Shown: one piece after another, positions 48,602 through 61,028 of the stretch
How the letters are laid out: each line of letters starts with the position of its first letter
Numbering within the stretch: position 1 is the first letter of the stretch
Source of the DNA: an uncultured Nitrospiraceae bacterium
GTDB lineage: Bacteria > Nitrospirota > Thermodesulfovibrionia > Thermodesulfovibrionales > Dissulfurispiraceae
DNA length: 64,000 bases
Assembly (NCBI GenBank): GCA_963705105.1
Contig: CAVPIW010000014.1
Coordinates: 64,001-128,000 of the forward strand
Direction: 5' to 3'
Translations under genes and position numbers: made by a program
Notes under the pieces: generated by a model
Seen by the model: only the letters and a program-made list of their open reading frames with translations
What the model was told of the DNA's origin: nothing
The model's database searches: none

Positions 48602-50247
48602 GCTGTCCCGCCGCAGGGCAGCCGGATGGTGAATGTCGTTCCCTGCCCCGACGTCTCCACATCGATCTTCCCCTTGTGCTGCTCGATGATCGACCGGCTG
48701 ACGGTGAGTCCGAGCCCCGTGCCCTCACCGACCTCTTTCGTGGTGAAGAAAGGATCGAAGATCCTCCGCGCCACCTCGGGCTGTATACCCCTGCCGGTGT
48801 CCTCGAAAGCGATATAGCACCAGTCTGCGGCATTCCAGGTCCTGACGGTCAGGACGCCCTCGCCCTCCATGGACTGGACGGCGTTGATGATCAGGTTTAG
48901 GAAGACCTGTTCGAGCTTGTTCGAGTCCACCATGACATCGGGCAAATCAGGCTGGAAGTCCTTCGCCAGCCTGATGCCCTTTTGCGCTATCGTGAATTCC
49001 GAGAACTGCAGCACATTGTCAGCGATCTCATTGAGGGAGCCCCGTGCGATGCTGAGCGGGGTGTTCTTCGAGAAGTCGAGGAGCTGCCTCACGATGCCCT
49101 GGATGCGGTTGAACCCCGAGGTGATGACCTCGATGTGTTCCCGTCTCGTCTCCTCATCCATCGGGGTTTTCATGAGATTGTCGAAACAGAGCCTGATCCC
49201 GCCGAGGGGGTTGTTGATCTCGTGGGCCACGCCGGCCGACAACTGACCCAGGGATGCAAGCTTCTCCGTCTGCATCATCTGCTTTTCCAGTTCTGCAGAC
49301 TGCTTCAGCTTCTCCTGGGCGTCGAGGAGGTGTCTTGAAAGGACGTTGAAGGATTCGGTGACATCGCCGATCTCGTCGCTGCGCCCGCTCGGGATATCCC
49401 TGCCGAGGGGTTCCGTCCCGTTCGCGATGCCCCTGAATATGTCGGAGAGGTTGTTCAGCGGTCTCGATACAAGCTGTCTGAAAGTCCCGAAGAGGGCCAG
49501 AAAGAGGACGCCGAGGGTGATGCTGCCGAAGAGGAACGCATCGATGGCCACCTTGCGCACCTGGGCAAGGGCGACGTCGAGGGGAATGGAGACAGAGTCG
49601 AGGCCGATGACCGTGCCGACCTGCCAGTGAAATCCGCTGTCGGAGCCGTACATCTTGATCAGTTCGGCAGGAGCGTCCGACGGTTTGCCGTGACACTGCA
49701 GGCAGCTTTGCTCCATAAAGATCGGCCGGAGCCGGATAAGGTAGCGCTTGCCGTCATCGAGGGTCTCGACGCCGTTCCAGGTGGTCAGGTTGCTGAATTG
49801 ACGGAAGTGGTCGATCATCTTGAGGTGGAAGGTGTCGGCCCTGTTCTTCAGGTTCCGCGGATTGTCGGAAACCCTTTTATAGGTGTAATCCGTGAGCTCC
49901 CTGTTGAACCGGTCCATGACCTTGAGGCTGACGTGGGTCGTCGACATCGCCTCGACGATGAACTGGCCCTCGGCATTGAGATTCTTCAGGGTCTCGAAGA
50001 TCGCCGGCCGGAGTGTTTCCCTGACATAGCCGCCGATGGACCTCACCTGCGTCATGATGATGACGGTCTTCTCCTCAGCCTCCTTGATGACCTGGGACTT
50101 CAGGTAATGGTAGAGGATAGTCGAGAAGAACCCGCAGAACAGGAGCAGGATCACGCCGACGGCGAGGCTGAACTTGAGGCCGAGACCGGATTTTTTAGCT
50201 TCATTATTTATTTTATCACATCGACGAACTCGCAGAAAGCCCGCCAC
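48598..50247 (-). CDS. Sensor histidine kinase with periplasmic c-heme (DUF3365-like) domain
   Basis: TM, CLQCH, HAMP, AHEINNP, FFTTKEVGEGTGLGL; start uncertain. Confidence 0.9.
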   Translation of the reverse strand: MAGFLRVRRCDKINNEAKKSGLGLKFSLAVGVILLLFCGFFSTILYHYLKSQVIKEAEEKTVIIMTQVRSIGGYVRETLRPAIFETLKNLNAEGQFIVEAMSTTHVSLKVMDRFNRELTDYTYKRVSDNPRNLKNRADTFHLKMIDHFRQFSNLTTWNGVETLDDGKRYLIRLRPIFMEQSCLQCHGKPSDAPAELIKMYGSDSGFHWQVGTVIGLDSVSIPLDVALAQVRKVAIDAFLFGSITLGVLFLALFGTFRQLVSRPLNNLSDIFRGIANGTEPLGRDIPSGRSDEIGDVTESFNVLSRHLLDAQEKLKQSAELEKQMMQTEKLASLGQLSAGVAHEINNPLGGIRLCFDNLMKTPMDEETRREHIEVITSGFNRIQGIVRQLLDFSKNTPLSIARGSLNEIADNVLQFSEFTIAQKGIRLAKDFQPDLPDVMVDSNKLEQVFLNLIINAVQSMEGEGVLTVRTWNAADWCYIAFEDTGRGIQPEVARRIFDPFFTTKEVGEGTGLGLTVSRSIIEQHKGKIDVETSGQGTTFTIRLPCGGTA

Positions 50248-50463
50248 GGCCGCCGGCGAATCCGGTGTTTCGGGACGGTTTCTTTTAACGTCAACATGAC
50301 GTGACTGCCGCAGTCCGTCAACTCTTCAGTTGCGTGGTGAAAAGGTGATTCCGCCTTTCCGGAAGACCTTTGCAGCAATAGGGTCAACATGCAAATTTCC
50401 ATTGACAACTGACGAATTAGTACCTATACTCATGATATTAACAGACTCTTTGACGGAGGGACG

Positions 50464-52601
50464 ATGAACAGCGAATGGAAGACCGGTGTGTTCGTATTGT
50501 TGTGTCTCTTGTTTTCCTTGTCGCCCGCTTCTTCATCATGCGCCGACCCTCTCGACAGTTGGTATTCGAGGAACCCTCTCCCCAGAGGAAACGATCTTCG
50601 GGCCGTCGCTTACGGCAACAACACATTTGTTGCCGTCGGATGTCCCGGACCGATCCTGACGTCACCTGACGGCGTCACATGGACCATCAGGCCGACGGCT
50701 ACCGACCATTGTCTCTCCGGCGTCACTTACGGCAACAACATGTTTGTTGCAGTGGGAAGGGACAACGCAGAAGGTTATGATGTCATCCTCACATCTCACG
50801 ACGGAATCAAATGGACCCGCCGGCCCACAGGGAACCGGCATATTCTAAATGGAATCACCTATGGCAATGGTACATTCGTGGCCGTCGGTGAGGAAAACAA
50901 CGGCTTGGGTCATGTTGGCCCTGGCGTAATCATGACGTCACCCGACGGCGTCACATGGACCATCAGGTCTGATGGGGTTGCTCATGGACTCCGCGGAGTC
51001 ACTTTTGGCAATGGTGCCTTCGTGGCCGTTGGCTTGTTCTACTCGATCTTTACTTCACACGATGGTGTCATCTGGACAAGCAGATCTTCAGGATTGAGCG
51101 GAAGCAGTGAGTTTCACGATATCGCTTACGGAAACGCCACTTTTGTGGCTATAAGTGATTCGGCTATCATGACGTCGGCCGACGGCATTATCTGGACGAA
51201 GTCTCCTGGAACTAACCTCGTTACACTCCGTGGCGTCACATATGGCAACAATGGATTTGTAGCGGTGGGTGATCAGATCACGGCAGCAGCTCGCCGCGTA
51301 ATAATGACAATGACATCGACTGATGGGGTCACCTGGACCAGCCAAACCTTGGGCGATGCTGATGCTGTTGGTCTTTATATAAGTCTTTCCGCAATCACTT
51401 ACGGCAATGGCATATTCGTGGCCGTTGGACCCGGCACAATTCTGACGTCGCCTGATGGCATTTCATGGAACAACAGGTCTTTGGGGGTTGCCCCCTTGCT
51501 TAAAGGAATTACCTGCGGCAACGAACCTATTCCTGGCTGTTGGAGATTCCGGCACAATCCTCACTTCGCCCGACGGCATCAACTGGGCACTCAGACCGTC
51601 GGGAACGTCTCATCACCTGAACGCTGTGACCTATGGCAATAACCTGTTCGTGGTTGTCGGAAATTCCGGTACTATTCTGATATCGTCTAACGGCATTGAC
51701 TGGACAATTATTGCGTCTTCGGTCCCTCCTTCCCAGCCTCACGCAGTGACCTATGGGAACAACCTATTCGTAATCGTTGGAGACTTCGGTACTATTTTCA
51801 CGTCCCCTGACGGTGTCAGCTGGACCCGGAGATTGTCGGGAACGTCTCACAACCTGAATGCTGTGACACATGGCAACAACCTATTCGTGGTTGTCGGAGA
51901 TTCCGGTACTATTCTCACGTCATCCGACGGCATCAGCTGGACGACCAGATCCTCATGGGATCGCAATGCCGCTCTCCGGTGCCACTTTCGGCAACGGTCT
52001 GTTCCTCGCCATTCAAGGTGGCATAATACTGACCTCATCTGACGGCATCGTCTGGGATAGGCATTTCCCCGGCGTTTTTGGTGTAACAGCCCATCTGGAC
52101 GTGACATACGGCAGCGGCACATTTGTCGCGGTTGGTACAGAAGCGCCCTTCATGCTTCCGCACTATCAGATCTTGACCTCCACCGACGGGATTGCCTGGA
52201 CAAGCAGGGCTATCGGGGATGGCGTACTTAGCGGAATTGCGTATGGGAACGGAACATTCGTGACGGTGGGATGGAACGGCACAATTAAGCAGTCAGGTAG
52301 TCTTTGCTCCGCTACCCTTGATCCGAACCTGTCCATACATGTTCCCAATCTTATTTTCGCCGGAACTCCCTTCCGGGCCGATTTGGCCTACGTGCCGGAC
52401 ACCCTTACCTTTGACCTGGTCGATTACGGGCTCCTTACGGACACGTCGGCTTATGAAGGATGTACACCGGCTACACTGTCAGACACCTTTCTTTTGCATA
52501 TCCCAAACATCATGTTCAGAGGGGCCTCTTACCGGCTCGATCTGCAATACACTCAACAGGGGACTTCCTTCGTCTACACCAATCTGGGCGTCAATTACTG
52601 A
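50464..52601 (+). CDS. Secreted beta-propeller repeat protein (two +1 frameshifts as assembled)
   Basis: Repeated VTYGNGxFVAVG...ILTSxDGxxW; extra bases near 51523 and 51956 join three ORFs. Confidence 0.8.
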
Positions 52602-52699
52602 TGTGTCAACCGTGAGTTGCATGAAAGCACAGGGCGCAGACATTGCATGCTGTTACTATTGATATCTCCAGCTGCCGCCGTCCACGCTCCGCTTCACGG

Positions 52700-52896
52700 A
52701 TATGGCCTTCGGGAGGGGCTTCTTCGTTGCCGTGAACGACGAGAAGATTTATTCGTCAACCGACGGCGTCGCGTGGTCCGAATCTCCGACACCGAACAAA
52801 CCCTGTTCTCCCGGGCCTGGCGCGCGGGTGTTTTTTGCCAACAACACGTTCATAACACTCTGCGGGCAACGCATACTCCAGTCGAACCCGCTGTAA
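52700..52896 (+). pseudogene. Fragment of a paralogous beta-propeller repeat gene
   Basis: AFGRGFFVAV...SSTDGVAW...ILQSNPL with no clear N-terminus. Confidence 0.45.
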
Positions 52897-53003
52897 ACCA
52901 TCGGAATTGCGATTGAGCGTCCCTGGGGCAGAGAACGCAGGGACGCTCTGTTCCTCCCTCAAGGGGGAATCCCCTTTTTCTTTCGCTGACGGCGTAACCC
53001 TGT

Positions 53004-53267
53004 CGTTGCATAGAAGGGCGGGGCGAAACGCTCTGAAATATAGTGTCAGTGACAGTGTGAGTGTCAGCAAAAAGTTCACCTTTTTCAGCCGTCGGCCTGA
53101 AATAGCTTCATCGATGTCGGGCCGTTCGGGGAACGGTCCCTACAGGATTCCACTCCTTGCGTGATCGACCATTGGCTTGAAAGGCTGTCTTCTGTGAGGG
53201 TTACGGTGTCGCCGCAGCAAGGTTTTCGGCGCATACGCCCCGCCCTTCCCGGGAGTGTATTGCAGCG
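53004..53267 (-). repeat. Repeat family A copy
   Basis: Reverse-complement relative of 15701-15963. Confidence 0.85.
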
Positions 53268-53385
53268 ATAAGAGTAATCCACTCCGAAATTCCCTGGAAT
53301 TGGCTTTTATGAACGCCAAGTGGTAACATATTTCCTCATATTTCTTCTTTTTATCAACTCCTAAAATAGGATATACTTTAAAGAT

Positions 53386-54642
53386 ATGGCACACATCATT
53401 CCTTTCAGAGGCACCCTCTACGACGCCGCGAAGGTGTCCGGAGATGACGTTATCGCGCCTCCCTACGACATCGTGACCCCTGCGCACAGGGACGAGCTTT
53501 ACCGCAAGAGCCCCTTCAATATCATCCGCGTTGACGCAGGTATAGACATGCCCGGCGACAACGAGACCCATAACAGGTACACCCGCGCGCGGGAGTCCCT
53601 CGACACGTGGATCGAAAAGGGCGTGCTCGTCACCGATGAAAGCCCGTCCATTTATGCCTACGAGTCTGAATACGAAGTCCGGGGAGCGAAACACACCCTC
53701 AGGGGTTTCCTCGCCCTTGTCAGGATCGAAGACCTCGGCAAGGGGGTCTATCCCCATGAGGCGACACACTCGAAACCGAAGGTCGACCGTCTCAATGTCA
53801 TGCGTTTCTGCCTGGGCAACATCAGTCCCATCTATGCGTTATACAACAGCAGGCATCGCGTCGCCTCGAAAATTCTCGGGGAAGCCTGCCGTCAGCCCCA
53901 TCTGTCCGCGCACGATCAGAACGGGTCCGTGCACAGGATCGCCCCCGTTTCCGACGAATACCGGATCAGTTCGATCCGGGAGGAGCTTCTCGACAAGCCC
54001 GTCTTTATCGCCGACGGACACCACCGCTACGAGGTCGCCCTGGAATTCAAGAGGGAGATGGAGAAGAAGGAGGGGAAGGAGAATGCCTCCTTCCGCCCCT
54101 GGAACTATGTCCTCATGTTCCTCGCGAATATGGCAGACGACGGCATTACCATCCTGCCGACTCACCGGCTGGTCAGGAGTCCGGTGAAGAAAGAGGCCGT
54201 CCTTGAACGCCTTGCCTCAGACTTCACTATCGTGCGGCAAGGCATGGACAGGGATATCACGAGCACACTCGCCGGAGCGGGCAGGAACACCTTCGGCCTC
54301 TGTCTGACCGGTGAGGATTGCTGGTATGCGCTGACGTATACGGGAAAAGATCTCGACGACGTCGACCCGGCCCTGCGGAACCTCGACGTGACTCTCCTCC
54401 ACGAGCTCATCCTGAAGCGGGACCTGGGGATTACGGATGTGTCCTACGAGATGGATGTCCGGGAGTCCGTCAGCCGGGTGCGCGCCGGGGAATATGATGC
54501 CGCTTTCTACCTCAACCCGACGGGTGTCGATGACGTGGAGCGTGTCGCCCTCTCCGGCGTCCGCATGCCGCCCAAATCGACGTACTTTTATCCAAAACTT
54601 CTGACGGGCATGGTCATGTACAGTTTCAGGCACCAATTCTAA
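53386..54642 (+). CDS. DUF1015 family protein
   Basis: PPYDIV, PHEAT, IADGHHRY, MPPKSTYFYPK. Confidence 0.92.
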   Translation: MAHIIPFRGTLYDAAKVSGDDVIAPPYDIVTPAHRDELYRKSPFNIIRVDAGIDMPGDNETHNRYTRARESLDTWIEKGVLVTDESPSIYAYESEYEVRGAKHTLRGFLALVRIEDLGKGVYPHEATHSKPKVDRLNVMRFCLGNISPIYALYNSRHRVASKILGEACRQPHLSAHDQNGSVHRIAPVSDEYRISSIREELLDKPVFIADGHHRYEVALEFKREMEKKEGKENASFRPWNYVLMFLANMADDGITILPTHRLVRSPVKKEAVLERLASDFTIVRQGMDRDITSTLAGAGRNTFGLCLTGEDCWYALTYTGKDLDDVDPALRNLDVTLLHELILKRDLGITDVSYEMDVRESVSRVRAGEYDAAFYLNPTGVDDVERVALSGVRMPPKSTYFYPKLLTGMVMYSFRHQF

Positions 54643-54677
54643 GGAAAACTCTATCGTCGCATTGAGAAAGACTTTGA

Positions 54678-55742
<1,065 letters not shown>

Positions 55743-55744
55743 AC

Positions 55745-56983
55745 ATGATCAGGAAGAATGAAACATCCGCCGCGACGATGGACATCCTCGGGAAACTCGC
55801 GATCCAGGAGGTCCCGATCAAGGGCAAGCGGGTTTTCATACGGGCGGACTTCAACGTGCCTCTCGACGACAACATGATGATTACCGATGACCGGCGCATC
55901 CGCTCGACCCTTCCCACCATCAACTATGCCATAGACGAGGGGGCGAAGGTGATCCTCGCCTCCCATTTCGGCAGACCGAAGGGAAAACCCGTCCCCCGGT
56001 ACAGCCTCGCTCCCGTGGGAAAACGGCTCCAGAGGCTTCTCAACAAGGAAGTGATCTTTGCGCCGGACTGCATCGGTCCGCAGGTCGAGAACCTTGTCGC
56101 CCGGATGAAGGACGGCGACGTCATGCTCCTGGAGAACCTCCGGTACCATATCGAAGAGGAGCAGAATGACGAGAGCTTCGCCCGCTCCCTCGCGAAACTC
56201 GCAGACGTTTTCGTTAACGATGCCTTCGGCGCATCGCACCGGGCCCACGCATCCATCGTCGGCATAACGAAGTTCCTTCCCGCCGCCGCGGGATTCCTCA
56301 TGAAAAAGGAGATCGAGTACCTCAAGGGCGCCGTTGACAATCCCGTCCGGCCTTTCGTTGCCATCCTTGGCGGTGCGAAGGTCTCCGGAAAGATCGGCGT
56401 CCTCGAACACCTCGTCGACAGGGTGGACAAGGTCATCGTCGGCGGAGGCATGGCTTACACCTTCATCAAGGCCCAGGAGTACGAGATCGGAGAGTCTCTC
56501 GTCGAGACTGACATGCTGGACCTGGCAAATCGGATCATGAAGCAGCTCAAGCAGAAGGGCGTCAAGTTCTATCTGCCTGTCGACTGTGTCGTGTCGCAGA
56601 TGATCGAACCGGGTGCGGAAACGAAACTCGTGACGACCCAGGAAATTCCGAAGGGCTGGAAGGCACTCGACATCGGGCCGGCGTCGGTGAAGCTCTTTTC
56701 GGAAGCGATCCAGGATGCAAAGACCATACTCTGGAACGGCCCGATGGGCGTCTTCGAGATCGATGCCTTTTCGAGGGGCACTTTCGCCATCGCCCATTCC
56801 GTTTCCGACGCATACGCGATGACGATCGTCGGCGGCGGCGACACCGATTTCGCCGTCCACCGCGCCGGGGTCAGCGATGCCATCAGCTTTATTTCCACCG
56901 GTGGTGGAGCGTCCCTGCAGCTGCTCGAGGGCAAGGACCTCCCCGGCCTCGTCTCCCTGAGCGACAGGAAGGCGGAGGAGTGA
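55745..56983 (+). CDS. pgk: Phosphoglycerate kinase
   Basis: RADFNVP, LLENLR, NDAFG, STGGGASL; start 55745 or 55778. Confidence 0.97.
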   Translation: MIRKNETSAATMDILGKLAIQEVPIKGKRVFIRADFNVPLDDNMMITDDRRIRSTLPTINYAIDEGAKVILASHFGRPKGKPVPRYSLAPVGKRLQRLLNKEVIFAPDCIGPQVENLVARMKDGDVMLLENLRYHIEEEQNDESFARSLAKLADVFVNDAFGASHRAHASIVGITKFLPAAAGFLMKKEIEYLKGAVDNPVRPFVAILGGAKVSGKIGVLEHLVDRVDKVIVGGGMAYTFIKAQEYEIGESLVETDMLDLANRIMKQLKQKGVKFYLPVDCVVSQMIEPGAETKLVTTQEIPKGWKALDIGPASVKLFSEAIQDAKTILWNGPMGVFEIDAFSRGTFAIAHSVSDAYAMTIVGGGDTDFAVHRAGVSDAISFISTGGGASLQLLEGKDLPGLVSLSDRKAEE

Positions 56984-57069
56984 AAAGCAGTATCAGTGCG
57001 AGTGTGAGTGAAAGGAGTTTTTTTTCAAAACGAAAATCATCTCACGCAAGGCCGCAAAGAGGCCGGCGC

Positions 57070-57972
57070 CTAATAGAATGACAGGGGCGCCGAGTCGGTG
57101 ATGACCTGCTCTTCCCGTTCGATGGCCGAACGGAGGTATTTCGGAAGAGCCATCATGCCGGCATGAGTCTCAGCGTCGTAGAACCGGAGATTGTCGCCGA
57201 TGCCTTCAAGCCGCTGAGAGATCTCTTCCCGTGGCAGCAGGAGGGGATCTTTGTCCCCCGATGCGAGGACGAACCCCCAGGGCGTGAAGAAGGACGGGAC
57301 GTTGACCGTATAGGGCCGGACGACGGGAAAGACCTGGCTGATGGTGTGCGTTATCGCCGCGAAGGTCCGGAGGTTGTGCACGGCCGTCGACGTCGCCTGC
57401 GTCACCATGACGCCTCCTTCGGCCAGGGAGCGGGAGACCATCTCGTAAAACTCCCTTGTATAGAGCATGAGGGCGGGACCTTCATCAAAGGGCTCTGGCA
57501 GATCGATGATGATGACGTCGAAACCTTCCGCCGTCTCGATATATTTGCGTGCATCATCATAAACGATGGTCACGCGGCTGTCATTGAGCGCACCCTGGTG
57601 CCAGTCGGGGAGATACTGCCCGCAGACCTCGACGGCTTCCCTGTCAAGGTCCACCATGACGACGGACCGGACCTGCGGGTGTCGCAGCACTTCGCGGACC
57701 GATGCCCCCTCTCCTCCCCCTGCAACGAGGACCCGTGCCGGTGAACCATGGAGGACGAGGGCGGGATGGACCAGCGCTTCGTGGTAAATGAACTCGTCGG
57801 CCTCCGACGACTGTATCTTGCCATCGAGCACGAGGCACTTCCCGTAACTGCCAGTCCGTATGATCTCTATGCGCTGGAAGGGAGATCGTCCCGAATAGAG
57901 TATCTCCCTGAGTGAATGGAAGGCGCCTTCGTCATCGGTCGTCTGCTCAAGAAACCATCTGGAGTGCAGCAT
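57070..57972 (-). CDS. speE: Spermidine synthase / polyamine aminopropyltransferase
   Basis: LDGKIQS...DEFIYHE, GGGEG. Confidence 0.93.
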   Translation of the reverse strand: MLHSRWFLEQTTDDEGAFHSLREILYSGRSPFQRIEIIRTGSYGKCLVLDGKIQSSEADEFIYHEALVHPALVLHGSPARVLVAGGGEGASVREVLRHPQVRSVVMVDLDREAVEVCGQYLPDWHQGALNDSRVTIVYDDARKYIETAEGFDVIIIDLPEPFDEGPALMLYTREFYEMVSRSLAEGGVMVTQATSTAVHNLRTFAAITHTISQVFPVVRPYTVNVPSFFTPWGFVLASGDKDPLLLPREEISQRLEGIGDNLRFYDAETHAGMMALPKYLRSAIEREEQVITDSAPLSFY

Positions 57973-58354
57973 CGGTAACCTTGTGAGGAAGTTTCTCGTT
58001 CCTGTAGGAAAGGATGCCCCGCTTCATCTCGACGATGGAAGGATTCCTGCTCTCGAACAGCTGGATGAGGAAGTGGGCGGCAACTTCCGGCTTGATGAGG
58101 TCACCACAGGTGAAGATGTCGACGGCGGCATAGCCGTATTCGGGCCAGGTGTGGACGGACAGGTGTGATTCGGCGATGACCACCATGCCGCTGATGCCGA
58201 AGGGATTGAATTCGTGAAACGATACGTCGATGATCGTCGCCTTGGCCTCCTTCGCCGCCGCAACGAGTGCTTCTTTGACTCTGGTAAGGCTCTTGAGAAT
58301 CTCAGGATTACAGTCCCTCAATTCCACTAAAAGATGGGTACCTAAAGCATGCAA
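57947..58354 (-). CDS. speD: S-adenosylmethionine decarboxylase proenzyme
   Basis: IAESHLSVHTWPE, DIFTCG; TTG start. Confidence 0.95.
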   Translation of the reverse strand: MHALGTHLLVELRDCNPEILKSLTRVKEALVAAAKEAKATIIDVSFHEFNPFGISGMVVIAESHLSVHTWPEYGYAAVDIFTCGDLIKPEVAAHFLIQLFESRNPSIVEMKRGILSYRNEKLPHKVTDAALQMVS

Positions 58355-58626
58355 TTCTCCACCCCCCTTTTAACAGAGAATTGAAGGAGCGATTGCCCCT
58401 CAAGCTTCTAATCATACAGAAACCCGGACTTTTCTGTCAAGGAAATGATTGAACCACGATGGTCGCATGGCCCTCCGGAACAGGCGGGGCGAAGATGCCG
58501 CCATAAGAGTCATTACGTCATTAAATTATCGAGTCACTGAGTCGCTATTGATCCCTGCGTTATGAATGAAATGACCCACATTCTGTCACTCCCGCTTGCC
58601 GGGAGTCCTTCCCAAAGAAACCTTAT

Positions 58627-58894
58627 CGTTGCAATACACTCCCGGGAAAGGCGGGGCTGGGGTGAATGCGCCGAAAACCTTGCTGCGGCGACACCTATAT
58701 CAAAACGACAGATGAACTATACGCCAATGGTCGATGACACAAAGAGTGGAATCCTGTAGGGGCCGTTCCCCGAACGGCCCGACATCGATGAAGCTATTTC
58801 AGGCCGACGGCTGAAAGAGGTGAACTTTTTGCTGACACTCACACTGTCACTGACACTGTATTTCAGAGCGCTTCGCCCCGCCTTTTTATGCAAC
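58627..58894 (+). repeat. Repeat family A copy
   Basis: Near-colinear with 15701-15963 and 42988-43246. Confidence 0.85.
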
Positions 58895-59039
58895 TGAAAG
58901 GGAAAGATTCCGGACAAGCCGAAGGACATTACGATCGCATCTTTCAATATATCTCCGGAGTCATTGGTGTGGCCGGCAACCGACAGCCGTGGAATAAAGC
59001 ATCGGGTCGACGATCGCCTGTCCACAATCCGGGAGGACC

Positions 59040-59645
59040 TTACGGGCACGGTCCCGGGGCATGACCGGCATTGTAAACGATACCCCCCGCCTCGACATAT
59101 GCGCGGAGCACTGAAACGGCTTCATCGCGAAGCACGTCGCGGACGACATCGATCCGCCGCGATCTGAGTTCCGCAGCCCAGTCGTGCAGTTTCGGTCCCT
59201 CGTCGAATCCTATTGCCCTTGCATCCTCGTCCCTGGCCCCGCAGATGAGACGGCTCACGCCCGCCCATGGGATAGCGCCGAAGCACATGGCGCAGGGTTC
59301 CGCCGAGGAGACGAGGTCAAACCGGAGACTGCCGCCGTCCCCGATGTCGTACCGGCCCAGTATCTTCTGGGCAAGGGACAGGGCGATGATCTCGGCATGA
59401 AGGATGGAGCAGTTCGATGACACGACGAGGTTCACACCCGGCGCAATGAGCCGACCCTCGCTATCGAACACCCCGGCACCGAAGGGCCCTCCCGTTCCCC
59501 GCTCAACGTTATGCCGGGCCATGTCGATGACGAGGCGCATGCGGTCCTCGACGGCCGGAAATACAGGGCTGCACGTGGACAGGAACTCCCCCATCCATCC
59601 CGGCAGCCCTATGCTTACCGTCGGGAAAGACACCATTCTTTTCAT
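59040..59645 (-). CDS. Nucleoside/guanine deaminase family protein
   Basis: GGPFGA, HAE, EPCAMC, GFDEG. Confidence 0.9.
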   Translation of the reverse strand: MKRMVSFPTVSIGLPGWMGEFLSTCSPVFPAVEDRMRLVIDMARHNVERGTGGPFGAGVFDSEGRLIAPGVNLVVSSNCSILHAEIIALSLAQKILGRYDIGDGGSLRFDLVSSAEPCAMCFGAIPWAGVSRLICGARDEDARAIGFDEGPKLHDWAAELRSRRIDVVRDVLRDEAVSVLRAYVEAGGIVYNAGHAPGPCP

Positions 59646-59660
59646 CGGTATACCATACTT

Positions 59661-59973
59661 GTCCAAAATAGCTTACAGCCAGACCTTGTAAACGAGGATA
59701 GGGTGTGGTTTCTGAAGCATAATTCACGGTTGCCTTGCACGAAAAGACGGTGCAAAACGCTCTAAAAACAGTGTCAGTGTCAGTGTGAGTGTCCGTAAAA
59801 GGTTAATTTTGTTTGATCGTTGGTCTGCAATGGTCTGTACGGGAAGGCAGAGGTTTCGCAGCACCGATGCTTTTCGGCGCATTCGCCCCGTCTTTCCTGA
59901 GATCTCATTGCGGTGATAAGGGTTTAGTATGCGAAGGAATCATGCCCTATCCTCGATTCACATTATTTTGGAC
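59661..59973. repeat. Family B element with nested family A segment
   Basis: GTCCAAAATA / TATTTTGGAC termini; inner CGAGGATAGGG / CCCTATCCTCG. Confidence 0.7.
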
Positions 59974-59987
59974 GCCGAAACATGCCG

Positions 59988-61028
59988 TCAGAACACCGTC
60001 CATTGCTGGGGGAGAAAGAGGCGCTCGTAGGTCATGAGGGCGAAGCTGTCCGTCATGCCGGCGATGAAGTCGCAGACCGCCCTGTGCCTCTCGGGGCTGC
60101 GCAGGGGCAGACCGCCGGGGATCGCCTCGTCGTCATGGTCGAGGAAAAAGGCATAGATCGCCTTCAGGATGCCCATGGCCTTGGTGAACTCGCCCCTGAT
60201 CGTATCGCCCTCGTAGACCCGCTCGAAGAGGAAATCCCTGAGGAGATACACGGCATGGGAGACATCGGCGCTCATGTCGATCCTGGCAAGGCCGGCGCCG
60301 GCCGTAGTCCCGACGACATCCCTCACCATGGTGTCGATTCTCCGCGCGTGAGAATCACCGACGGTCCTGATGACCTCTTTCGGGACATCGGACTTCCTGA
60401 TGACGCCGGCCCGTATGGCATCGTCAAGGTCATGATTCACGTAGGCGATCAGGTCCGACAGGCGGACAAGGGCGCCCTCGAGAGTCGACGGCCCTTCGCC
60501 TGCCCGGCCGGAGACGGCGGCGCCCTTCCTTCCCTTCGAATGCTTGACGATGCCGTCACGCACCTCCGCCGTGAGGTTCAGGCCCTTTCCGTCCTTTTCG
60601 AGCAGATCGACGACCCGCAGGCTTTGGTGGTAATGGTCGAAACCGCCCGGGTGGAGCTCCCGCAAAATCGCCTCTCCTGCATGGCCGAAAGGGGTGTGTC
60701 CGAGGTCGTGGCCGAGGGCGATCGCCTCGACGAGGTCTTCGTTGAGCCGCAAGGCACGGGCGATGGTCCTGCCGATCTGGGCCACCTCGAGCACATGGGT
60801 CAGCCGAGTCCGGTAATGATCTCCCTTCGGCGCCAGGAACACCTGCGTTTTGTGCTTCAGCCTCCGGAAGGCCTTCGAGTGGATGATCCGGTCCCGGTCC
60901 CGCTGAAAACAGGTGCGGATGTCATCGTCCCTTTCCGGCCTGAGCCTTCCCCTGCTCTGTGAACTCAGGCAAGCCTTCTTGTGGAGAGTGGTCCTCTCGA
61001 TCTCCTCGGTCCGTTCGCGGATGGTCAT
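59988..61028 (-). CDS. dgt: dGTP triphosphohydrolase
   Basis: [38 protein letters not shown]. Confidence 0.95.
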   Translation of the reverse strand: MTIRERTEEIERTTLHKKACLSSQSRGRLRPERDDDIRTCFQRDRDRIIHSKAFRRLKHKTQVFLAPKGDHYRTRLTHVLEVAQIGRTIARALRLNEDLVEAIALGHDLGHTPFGHAGEAILRELHPGGFDHYHQSLRVVDLLEKDGKGLNLTAEVRDGIVKHSKGRKGAAVSGRAGEGPSTLEGALVRLSDLIAYVNHDLDDAIRAGVIRKSDVPKEVIRTVGDSHARRIDTMVRDVVGTTAGAGLARIDMSADVSHAVYLLRDFLFERVYEGDTIRGEFTKAMGILKAIYAFFLDHDDEAIPGGLPLRSPERHRAVCDFIAGMTDSFALMTYERLFLPQQWTVF

